From NCBI GenBank assembly GCA_014728745.1, contig WJLC01000073.1, forward strand, positions 1-24,566: a stretch of 24,566 bases of DNA. The letters run 5' to 3'. Positions 1 to 7,585 of the stretch are shown one piece after another (the first letter of the stretch is position 1; each line of letters begins with the position of its first letter). The notes below the pieces were generated by a model. It did not search any database, was not told the DNA's origin, and saw only the letters and a list, made by a program, of their open reading frames with translations. This DNA comes from Candidatus Pacearchaeota archaeon (GTDB lineage Archaea > Nanobdellota > Nanobdellia > Pacearchaeales > GW2011-AR1). The translations under genes were made by a program, and so were the position numbers.

Positions 1-14
1 ATATTTTGTTTGTA

Positions 15-257
15 TCATTTTTTGGTTTTCAAACTCCTGCTTGTCACAATTGCTATAAAAAAGAAAGCAAATAACAATATATCATTTTTAAAAATAAGAC
101 TTATAAAACCTCCTATAATTGACACACTTATTATGACCTTAAACCATTTTCTTCCTGCTTCAAGCTCTTCTTTTGTGAGTTTTGCAATAAGGTCTCCTAG
201 GGGGACGCCTAGCAAAAGAATAACAACCCCAATCATAAGTCTTATTATCTCATTCAT
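15..257 (-). CDS. Small hypothetical membrane protein (80 aa, about 3 hydrophobic segments)
   Basis: ATG-started ORF with hydrophobic stretches, divergent from the deacylase gene; TATA-like TATAAAAA about 29 nt upstream on the minus strand. Confidence 0.7.
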   Translation of the reverse strand: MNEIIRLMIGVVILLLGVPLGDLIAKLTKEELEAGRKWFKVIISVSIIGGFISLIFKNDILLFAFFFIAIVTSRSLKTKK

Positions 258-294
258 GATAATATTTAATAATCCTGGTTTTTATACTTTGTTT

Positions 295-1104
295 ATGAGC
301 AGCAATTACAAAAAATTTCTTATTGTGGCTAGCAAAAAAGATAAAGCAGGAATAAATATAACAACTGCCTTGAGCCAGCATAAGAGAAAGTACAATTTTT
401 ACTTAGTTGAAAAAGATATTTTGCATGAGGAGAATTTGAGCAAGAGAAAATTAGCTAGTTATGATTTTATAATTTTTGCATCTAAGCACAAGTCAGAAAA
501 GCAGAGAAAAACCCTTTCAATTCATGCTCCTGGAAATTGGGCAGATGCGCTCTATGGAGGAAAACAAGGCAAGATTTGCAAAACCTCTGCTCTTTTCTTA
601 AAGCAGACTTTTGATAAATTGAATAAGAATGCAAAAGATTACAACCTCAATGATTATGAAGTCACAATGGAATGCACTCATCACGGCCCTTTTATTGACA
701 AGCCTTGCATGTTTATTGAGATTGGCTCAACTGAAAAAGAATGGAAAGATAGAAATGCAGCTTTTGCTGTAGCTAGAACAATTAAGGAAATGATTGAGGG
801 ATTTAAAGAAAATCCATACAACCAAGTTGCAATTGCTATTGGGGGTCCCCACTATTGCCAGAGTTTTAACAAAATACAACTAAATTCAAATGTTGCTATT
901 TCTCACGTTATCCCAAATTATATCAACCCTGTGAGTGGAGAGATGATTAAAGAGGCTCTGGAAAAAACAGAAGAGGAAGTTGATTTTGCTTTGCTTGATT
1001 GGAAAGGAATAGGCAAGGCAAAAGACAGGAAGTTAGTAAAAGAATTGTTAGATGATTTGTATGTGAGATACAAGAGAACTTCTGAGGTTAATAAGGAATA
1101 TTAG
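295..1104 (+). CDS. dtdA: D-aminoacyl-tRNA deacylase (archaeal DTD2/GEK1 type)
   Basis: Motifs FASKH, SIHAPGN, ECTHHGP, FIEIGSTEKEW, GGPHY. Start placed at ATG 295 (MSSNYKK); the ORF-track extension 10-294 is antisense to the 15-257 gene. Confidence 0.9.
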   Translation: MSSNYKKFLIVASKKDKAGINITTALSQHKRKYNFYLVEKDILHEENLSKRKLASYDFIIFASKHKSEKQRKTLSIHAPGNWADALYGGKQGKICKTSALFLKQTFDKLNKNAKDYNLNDYEVTMECTHHGPFIDKPCMFIEIGSTEKEWKDRNAAFAVARTIKEMIEGFKENPYNQVAIAIGGPHYCQSFNKIQLNSNVAISHVIPNYINPVSGEMIKEALEKTEEEVDFALLDWKGIGKAKDRKLVKELLDDLYVRYKRTSEVNKEY

Positions 1105-1164
1105 TGTTCTTTTTATTGGATATTTTTCTTTTTGATTCAATTAATTCAGTTTTAAAGATTAAAG

Positions 1165-1246
1165 CGCCCAGAGCAGGATTCGAACCTGCGCACCCCGAAG
1201 GGTCCAGATTAGCAATCTGGTGCAATAACCACTATGCGATCTGGGC
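1165..1246 (-). tRNA. tRNA-Ser (anticodon GCT), type II with long variable arm, CCA not encoded
   Basis: Reverse complement folds as a cloverleaf: acceptor GCCCAGA/TCTGGGC, anticodon arm CCAGA-TTGCTAA-TCTGG, variable arm ACCC-TTCG-GGGT, T-loop GGTTCGAATCC, discriminator G. Confidence 0.95.
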
Positions 1247-1354
1247 ATAAATCATATGCTTTGCTGTATATTATCTGTATTTTCTCCAGTATTTAAAGAT
1301 TATTAGTAATGTGAAAAGCTGCTTGAAAAAATTATTGTGATGTTTAAAAAAGAA

Positions 1355-1468
1355 TAGCGGGGGCAGGATTTGAACACTGCGACCTCCGGGTTATGGGCCT
1401 TTCGCAACTCCAAGCATTTTACTGCCTTAAGAGATTTCGACGAGCACTCCAGACTGCTCTACCCCGCT
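1355..1468 (-). tRNA. Initiator tRNA-Met (CAT) with a 38-nt intron at position 29/30
   Basis: Acceptor AGCGGGG/CCCCGCT with A1:U72 and D-arm GAGC/GCTC. After removing 1400-1437 the anticodon arm is TCGGG-CCCATAA-CCCGG, with the three consecutive G-C pairs typical of initiators. Confidence 0.9.
1400..1437 (-). other. tRNA intron (38 nt) with BHB motif
   Basis: Central helix UCGU/GCGA, 3-nt bulges CG^A and AA^G, flanking GC/GC exon pairs and AA(U)CUC/GAGUU intron helix; the predicted cuts restore the anticodon stem. Confidence 0.88.
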
Positions 1469-1524
1469 ATATATTCTGGAGTCTTTAAACCCTTATCCAG
1501 TCAGTAAAAAATATAGCAGTTAAC

Positions 1525-2160
1525 TTATAAAGCTTTCTTTTTGAGAAATCTATTTGCTTTTTTAACATGCTTTTTATTAGAACTTCCTATTAAATCAAAC
1601 CATTTTTTTAACTCTTTTTTCCCACTAATTCTCACTCTTGTCTTTCCTCTTTCTAAATTTTGAATTGTGTGTTTTATTCCTAATTTTTCTAGAATCTCAG
1701 AAACTTGCTCTTGAGCTGGAGAAGGACACATTTTTATTTCGATTCTTGGATAAATAGTCCCATTATTATTAAATACACTTAAACACCCGTCTGTATCAAA
1801 TAATCCTCTTAACACTGGGCAAGAAAATTTGCTATTCATAAAATCTTCAGGAATTTTCATTCTTCCCCATTTTGGAGATAATTTAAGACCAATTTCTTTT
1901 ATTAGATATATTAATGCATCTTTTGTAAAAGTACAAATATCAACACAATTTTCTTTTTTCTTGTAGTGAATTTTTGGTTGAATATTCAAGACATCTTGCA
2001 TGATTTTCCTAACATGGTTAATATACTGTTTATTTCTGGAATCTAAACTTATTTTCACAACTCGATGTCTCTTAATTTTATTGCCTACTTTGCAGTTATA
2101 TTCTCCAATAGAGCCATCTCCTAACATAATTCCAATAAATTCAGCTACCCTCTTTTTCAT
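1525..2160 (-). CDS. Free-standing double-motif LAGLIDADG homing-endonuclease-like protein
   Basis: Two LAGLIDADG-type helices, AEFIGIMLGDGSI and VLRGLFDTDGCL, each retaining the acidic residue. ATG at 2160 (TTG at 2163 is an alternative). No intein splice residues and no host gene. Confidence 0.85.
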   Translation of the reverse strand: MKKRVAEFIGIMLGDGSIGEYNCKVGNKIKRHRVVKISLDSRNKQYINHVRKIMQDVLNIQPKIHYKKKENCVDICTFTKDALIYLIKEIGLKLSPKWGRMKIPEDFMNSKFSCPVLRGLFDTDGCLSVFNNNGTIYPRIEIKMCPSPAQEQVSEILEKLGIKHTIQNLERGKTRVRISGKKELKKWFDLIGSSNKKHVKKANRFLKKKAL

Positions 2161-2246
2161 CAAGCAACAATCACATAAAACTATATTAATAAGACTTTCA
2201 ATTTTGAAAGAGTTAATTATTTAATCCTTATCTACTTTTCAAAAGC

Positions 2247-3146
2247 ATGGCTAAGAAGAAAAAAGAGGGGAAAAAAGCAAAGAACAAAAAAGACAAAAAA
2301 GAAAAGGGAATTCTTTATTCAACAGGCCAGCTTGATTGTTTGAATTATTATTCAAAAGTATTTTCTAAGGTAAAATCATTTGTAAAAGACAGGGAGATTG
2401 CAACAAAAACTTTCATTCCTAAAACAGATATTGGATTTATTTTGCATAGAGGGAGTAAAGATGAGCCCCTAACATTAAAAGATATTTCTGGAAATGTTAC
2501 TAAGAAATTTTTGAAAAAACGTGTTGATAAAAAATTGCATGATGTTGAAGAGGATTTAAATGAAAAGCAAAAGTTGATTTGGAGATATTTTGTTCCTAGG
2601 AAAATGGTTGAAATGCATTATGCCTGTAATTATGAGGGCTCTGGAAAAAGTTTTGACAGGGTTTTTATTGATATTGACGCAGGAAAGAATATTGATGAAG
2701 AGGATTATATCCAAGTTGTTAAAGAGTTATTAAAGCAGATTAAAAAAGATAACAAATTAAGTGATTTGTGCTCTTTTAAGATTTACCTTCTTTGGACAGG
2801 TGCAAGTCTGCATGTTTATTTGATTTTAGATAAAAAGCTAGCATCTTCTGATTATAAAAAGTATTTTGCATTTGGAAAAGACACTCTCACAAGCAAATGG
2901 GCAAGAGCAGTTTCTGAAAAAATAGGTATTAATGTTAAGGCAGGCCATGAAAGGAAAAAAGATGCAATAATATTTGACACTTCTGCAACACCTTCAGGCA
3001 AGCTTGCAAGATGCCCTTATTCATTACATTTGAATTCAAAAGGCAAGCTCACAGGAGTTTCAGTTCCAATAAACCAAAAGGATTTGAAAAAAGGATTATT
3101 TAAGAAATTAAAAAATTTAACACCTGATGAGGCACTGAATTATTAA
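2247..3146 (+). CDS. Archaeo-eukaryotic primase (AEP) superfamily primase-polymerase, LigD Pol-domain-like, stand-alone
   Basis: Motif I FIDID, motif II TGASLHVY, motif III D followed by GKLARCPYSLH; no ligase or nuclease domain fused. Confidence 0.75.
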   Translation: MAKKKKEGKKAKNKKDKKEKGILYSTGQLDCLNYYSKVFSKVKSFVKDREIATKTFIPKTDIGFILHRGSKDEPLTLKDISGNVTKKFLKKRVDKKLHDVEEDLNEKQKLIWRYFVPRKMVEMHYACNYEGSGKSFDRVFIDIDAGKNIDEEDYIQVVKELLKQIKKDNKLSDLCSFKIYLLWTGASLHVYLILDKKLASSDYKKYFAFGKDTLTSKWARAVSEKIGINVKAGHERKKDAIIFDTSATPSGKLARCPYSLHLNSKGKLTGVSVPINQKDLKKGLFKKLKNLTPDEALNY

Positions 3147-3168
3147 GAAATAGATAATAAATTCATAA

Positions 3169-3411
3169 TTATTTTCTAGGCTTAAAGTGGGAATTTCCTT
3201 GCTTGCTAACATAACTCTCTATTTCATCAAGCAATTCATTATATCTTTTATATGCCCTTCTCTCATTGTATGGGGCATATTTAGGCTTTTCAAACTTTTC
3301 ATCATAAACAATATCTGGAAATTCTCTTAAAAGAACATGCATTTCTCTTAATAAGCTTTTTAGGCTTTTTTTGTTTACCCTATCTTTGTCCTTGTTCTGT
3401 CTAATAGCCAT
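3169..3411 (-). CDS. Hypothetical protein (80 aa)
   Basis: ATG ORF filling the intergenic space; TATA-like TTAAATAG about 29 nt upstream on the minus strand. Confidence 0.6.
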   Translation of the reverse strand: MAIRQNKDKDRVNKKSLKSLLREMHVLLREFPDIVYDEKFEKPKYAPYNERRAYKRYNELLDEIESYVSKQGNSHFKPRK

Positions 3412-3483
3412 AAAGCAAGTTTATCCCTGAATCTATTTAAGTTTATATGTGATGATAAGACTTGAACAAATGATCCTAATCTT

Positions 3484-3687
3484 TTGATAATCTCAAAACT
3501 TAAAAATGACTATATCTTCTTTTTAGATACAGATAAAAAGACTTCACAATTTGCAAAACATTTTAAAGTATGTTGGAAGTCTTCTTTTAAGAGACTTAAA
3601 GAATTAGAAAAATTAGGTTTAGTAAAAAGAAAAGACAATAAAAAATGGATAAGATTGAAAATAAACAAGAAGATTCTTGTCATTTAA
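3484..3687 (+). CDS. Small winged-helix-turn-helix-like protein, 5' end uncertain
   Basis: TSQFAKHFKVCWKSSFKRLKELEKLGLVKR resembles the recognition helix plus wing of archaeal wHTH regulators. Only a TTG start is in frame, and the 3' end overlaps the rnhB start. Confidence 0.5.
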   Translation: MIISKLKNDYIFFLDTDKKTSQFAKHFKVCWKSSFKRLKELEKLGLVKRKDNKKWIRLKINKKILVI

Positions 3688-4388
3688 TCTTGGGCATTGA
3701 CGACGCAGGTAGAGAATAATAATGTTGAAGTTTTTCATCATTATGTTCGCCTTAAGGTCCAGTCATTGGCCCAATGGTTTTGGCAGGAGTTTTAATAGAT
3801 GAAAAAATCTTAAAGGAATTCAAAAAATTAGATGTTAAGGATTCTAAAATGCTTACTTCTAAAAGAAGAGAATTTCTAGCAAGTAAAATAAAGAAAAAAG
3901 CAGATATTTTTGAGGTGGCTTTAGCTTTTCCAAAGGAAATTGATGGTCAAAATCATAATGGTATTGATTTGAACAAGGTAGAGGCTATAAAGGCAGCAGA
4001 AATAATTAATAAAATTAATAAGGGATTTAAGAAAATAAAGGTGGTAATAGACTGCCCTTCTGTTGGGATAGAGAAATGGGCAAAATACTTAATGACCCAC
4101 ATTAAAAACCCCTCAACCTTAGATATTTCTTGTGAGCACAAGGCAGATGTAAATCATGTTGCTGTTGCAGCAGCCTCAATTATTGCAAAATCTGTAAGAG
4201 AGAGTGAAATGGCAAAACTAAAAGACAAATTTGGACCTCAAATAGGTTCTGGATATTGTTCTGATCCTCACACCTGCAAATTCTTAGAAAAATATGCTAA
4301 AAAACATGAAAAAGACGGATTGTTTAGAAAAACCTGGTCAACTTGGAAAAATGCCTGCGCTAACTTAGAACAGAGAAAATTATTCTGA
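3645..4388 (+). CDS. rnhB: Ribonuclease HII, split gene: join(3645..3712,3755..4388), 233 aa after splicing
   Basis: Exon 1 gives MDKIENKQEDSCHLILGIDDAGR and exon 2 continues GPVIGPMVLAG...VKDSKML...VVIDC...HKAD...VAAASIIAK...GSGY, all RNase HII motifs. The ORF-track start at 3774 lacks the first catalytic acidic residues. Confidence 0.92.
3713..3754 (+). other. Putative 42-nt BHB intron in rnhB mRNA
   Basis: Contains in-frame stops (TAA TAA, TGA). Central helix AGGU(3707-3710)/GCCU(3749-3752), bulges AG^A (3711-3713) and UA^A (3753-3755), and an internal hairpin 3714-3748. The predicted cuts regenerate AGA GGT CCA. Confidence 0.85.
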
Positions 4389-4679
4389 AATTTCTTCTAA
4401 TGAATTATTGTTCTTTTTACTATCTGAATCAAAAAGTCCTTCTCCAAGCAATCCAGAATGATTACAAGTAGGGCAAATATTATCTCTATCAAATTCATCA
4501 GCAGCTCCTCTTCTTTTTTCATAATTCATACAATCAAAATAAAATCCCCCTTCTTGATCTTTCAGCATTCTTTTTCCTTCACGATATGCGCAGCAGCTTT
4601 CTTGAACACGAATATAAGGAACATTCTTTATTTTCTCCTTTTCTTTGTCTTGTTTTTCCCTTTCCATATATATTTTCAT
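4380..4679 (-). CDS. Hypothetical small Cys-rich protein, possibly zinc-binding
   Basis: 99-aa ATG ORF with CC, C and CPTC, divergent from smc. Confidence 0.55.
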   Translation of the reverse strand: MKIYMEREKQDKEKEKIKNVPYIRVQESCCAYREGKRMLKDQEGGFYFDCMNYEKRRGAADEFDRDNICPTCNHSGLLGEGLFDSDSKKNNNSLEEISE

Positions 4680-4717
4680 ATGCTAATCTTTAAAAGTATT
4701 TATCTTCTTTATTATCT

Positions 4718-7585
4718 ATGGTCTATATTAAAAAACTGGTGATGCATGGCTTCAAAAGCTTTGTTAGAAAAACAGAAATACCTTTTACTCCAGGAATAAA
4801 TGTGATATTAGGGCCAAATGGCTCAGGAAAAAGCAATATCTCAGATGCATTGTGTTTTGTTTTAGGAAGACTCTCTATAAAATCAATGCGTGCAGCAAAA
4901 GCAAAGAATCTTATATTTTTAGGAACAAAAAAGGTCTCAAAAGCTAAAAAAGCATCTGTAGAATTGGTTTTTGATAATTCAGACAGCACTTTTTCAATTG
5001 ATGACAAAGAGGTCTCTATTAAAAGAATTGTTAAGAGAAATGGGCAAAGCACATATAAAATAAACAATAAAACAAAGACAAGACAGGAAATAATTGCATT
5101 GCTTGCTCAAGCAGGGATTGACCCTAATGGATTTAATATAATTCTTCAAGGAGAGATACAGAATTTTGTGAATATGCACAATGAAGAAAGAAGAGAAATT
5201 ATTGAAGAAGTGTCTGGAATCTCTATTTATGAATCTCGTAAAGCAAAGTCCTTAAAGGAATTGAAAAAAACAGATGAGAGACTAAAAGAAGTGTTGGCTG
5301 TTTTGAGAGAAAGAACATCTTATTTGAATAATCTTGAGAAAGAAAGAAAACAGGCTCTTAAATTCAAGAAATTAGAAAAAGATGTTAAAAAGTACAAAGC
5401 AAGTATAATTAATGCTGATCTCAACAAAAAGAAAAAGGAAATACAAAAGATAAATAATGATATTGAAAAAAAGACAAAAGAAATTGGTAAGGTAAAAAAA
5501 CAAATAAATGAATTAGAGACCCAGATTAGGAATTATGAATTAAAAATAGATTCAATCAATAATACTATTCAAAAATCTACTGGTTTAGAGCAGGAAAAAC
5601 TCAACCAGGAAATTGCTAACTTAAGAGCAGATTTAGCAGGATTAAATGTTAAGTCTGAAAATTTTGGAAGAAAGCTTAATGAAATTGATAATAAAAAGCA
5701 GGAGCTTCAAGATAGCATCAAAGAAGATGAAGAGGAGTTAAAAGAGCTTGAGAAAACAACTTCTTCTGCATCTAGCAAATCCAAAAAGAAAAAAGATATT
5801 GATGCAAAAAAGCAAAAACTTGAGGAGCTTGAAAAACAGAGAAAAAAATTCTACACAATGAAGGCTGAGTTAAAAGCAGTCAAGGAAAGACTTCAAGACA
5901 AGCAGTCTGTTCTTCAGGGTTATGAAACTGAATCTGATTATCTTGTCAAGCAAGTTGAAAATCTTGTGAAGGAATTGTATGATAAAAAAACCAACACCAA
6001 GATAATTTCAGATATTAAAGTAAGCCTGCAAAATAAAAAAGATAAAATAAAAGAACTTGATAAAAATCAAAATTCTTTGTATAAGAAGCTTCATACAAAT
6101 CAACATGAGATTAAAAAGAAAAATAACCTTGTTAAAGACATAAAAGATATGGATGTATGTCCTTTGTGTAAAAATAAAATAACTAAAGAGCATATAAAAG
6201 AAATAAAGGATAAAGCTCAACCACAGATAAAACAATTGAAAAAGCAAATAGAATCTGCAGAAGATAAATTAGCAGATATTCAAAAACAAAAATCCAAATT
6301 AAGCCAGGAAATAGACTCTTTAACAGAGGAGCTTTCAAAAAGAGAATCTGATTTAGTTAAAATTTCTAATATAAACAATAAAAAAGACCAAATTAAGAAA
6401 CTTCATGAAAATACTGAAGGAATTAAAGAAGAAATAAAAGAGCTAAAAAAGAAAAAGAGTTCCTTAGAAAAGAATTTTGATGAGAATTCTAATATTGAAA
6501 AAAGATATGAGGAAGCCAGAATAGAGGTTCAAGAAATATCATTGAGAAACAAGGAGAATATTGATTCAGAGATATCTTTTAAGAAAAGAGAATTTGAAAG
6601 AAATAAAATAGAATTAAAGCAGTTGAAAAGAGATGAAGAAGACCTAAAAGAGGATTTAGCATCAATCAAAAGCAGAATAAGTGAAAAAGAAAAGCGTCTC
6701 AATAACAAGAAAAAACAAGATGAGGAATTAAACAAGAAATTCCAGAAAATGATCGCTGACAGAGATGCTTTGCAGCTGAAGATAAGAAAAGGTGATTCAG
6801 ATTTGTCTCTAAAGCAAAACATTGTCTATAATCTTGAACAAGACATGAATGATTACAAGATATCCAAGGCAAGAGTCAAGGCAGAATTAGATGGTCTTGA
6901 GACAGAGATGAAAGAATTTGAGGGTGTTGAAATAATAAAATCAACTAAAGAGAGCCTATTACATAAGCTTCACAGAACACAAGATACTCTGAATAAGATT
7001 GGGAGTGTTAATTTAAAATCATTAGAAGTTTATGATGAAATTAAGAAAGAATACGATTCTATTAATGACAAGGTAGAAGTTCTAAAAGGAGAAAAAGAGG
7101 ATATTTTAAAGGTTATTCATGAGATTGACATTAAGAAGAAAAAGACTTTCTTGAATACATTAAAGGACTTAAATGAGCTTTTTTCTAGAAATTTCTCTCA
7201 ATTATCTTCTAAAGGACAGGTTTTTCTTGAATTAGAAAATAAAAAAGAACCTTTTGAAGCAGGGGTTAATATAATTGTAAAAACAGGACATGGGAAATAC
7301 TTTGATGTAACATCATTATCAGGAGGAGAGCAGACACTTGTAGCTTTATCATTAATATTTGCAATCCAGGAATTAAAGCCGTATTGCTTTTATATTTTAG
7401 ATGAGATAGATGCAGCCCTTGACAAGAGAAACTCTGCAAGGCTAGCTAGATTACTTAATAAATACATGAAAAAAGGCCAATACATTGTAATAAGCCACAA
7501 TGATGAGGTAATAAGCAAGGCAACAAACCTTTATGGTGTTAGCATGCATGATGGGGTCAGTAAGATAATTAGTTTGAAATTATAG
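4718..7585 (+). CDS. smc: SMC-family ATPase (955 aa) with Smc-type heads, a central CPLC zinc-hook-like motif and no recognisable hinge
   Basis: GFKSF, Walker A GPNGSGKSN, Q-loop ILQGEI, signature LSGGEQ, Walker B/D-loop ILDEIDAALD, H-loop ISHN. Long K/E-rich coiled coils, with CPLC at aa 481-484. Confidence 0.9.
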   Translation: MVYIKKLVMHGFKSFVRKTEIPFTPGINVILGPNGSGKSNISDALCFVLGRLSIKSMRAAKAKNLIFLGTKKVSKAKKASVELVFDNSDSTFSIDDKEVSIKRIVKRNGQSTYKINNKTKTRQEIIALLAQAGIDPNGFNIILQGEIQNFVNMHNEERREIIEEVSGISIYESRKAKSLKELKKTDERLKEVLAVLRERTSYLNNLEKERKQALKFKKLEKDVKKYKASIINADLNKKKKEIQKINNDIEKKTKEIGKVKKQINELETQIRNYELKIDSINNTIQKSTGLEQEKLNQEIANLRADLAGLNVKSENFGRKLNEIDNKKQELQDSIKEDEEELKELEKTTSSASSKSKKKKDIDAKKQKLEELEKQRKKFYTMKAELKAVKERLQDKQSVLQGYETESDYLVKQVENLVKELYDKKTNTKIISDIKVSLQNKKDKIKELDKNQNSLYKKLHTNQHEIKKKNNLVKDIKDMDVCPLCKNKITKEHIKEIKDKAQPQIKQLKKQIESAEDKLADIQKQKSKLSQEIDSLTEELSKRESDLVKISNINNKKDQIKKLHENTEGIKEEIKELKKKKSSLEKNFDENSNIEKRYEEARIEVQEISLRNKENIDSEISFKKREFERNKIELKQLKRDEEDLKEDLASIKSRISEKEKRLNNKKKQDEELNKKFQKMIADRDALQLKIRKGDSDLSLKQNIVYNLEQDMNDYKISKARVKAELDGLETEMKEFEGVEIIKSTKESLLHKLHRTQDTLNKIGSVNLKSLEVYDEIKKEYDSINDKVEVLKGEKEDILKVIHEIDIKKKKTFLNTLKDLNELFSRNFSQLSSKGQVFLELENKKEPFEAGVNIIVKTGHGKYFDVTSLSGGEQTLVALSLIFAIQELKPYCFYILDEIDAALDKRNSARLARLLNKYMKKGQYIVISHNDEVISKATNLYGVSMHDGVSKIISLKL

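Noticed and set aside
10-294. N-terminal extension of the 364-aa ORF
   Set aside because: It is the antisense shadow of the 15-257 membrane gene; deacylase homology begins near ATG 295.
1468-1520. Leaderless, RNase P-independent tRNA promoter as in Nanoarchaeum
   Set aside because: TATA-like elements lie about 21 and 47 nt upstream of the tRNA-Met 5' end (about 50 for tRNA-Ser), not at a fixed leaderless spacing.
1525-2163. LAGLIDADG ORF as part of an intein or a large tRNA/rRNA intron
   Set aside because: No splice-junction residues, no flanking extein, and no RNA-gene half upstream (2164-2246).
3708-3758. Ribosomal bypassing (T4 gene 60 style) or a MITE as the explanation of the rnhB insert
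   Set aside because: The only matched take-off/landing pair (GGT 3708 and GGT 3756) would delete the conserved Arg-Gly. There are no terminal inverted repeats with a target duplication, and the BHB explains the junction exactly.
3774-4388. RNase HII starting at MVLAG, as in the ORF track
   Set aside because: It would lack the DxAGRGP catalytic motif, which is encoded upstream in the same frame.
4718-7585. Annotation as Rad50
   Set aside because: Head motifs are Smc-type and no mre11/herA/nurA is adjacent; only the hook is Rad50-like.
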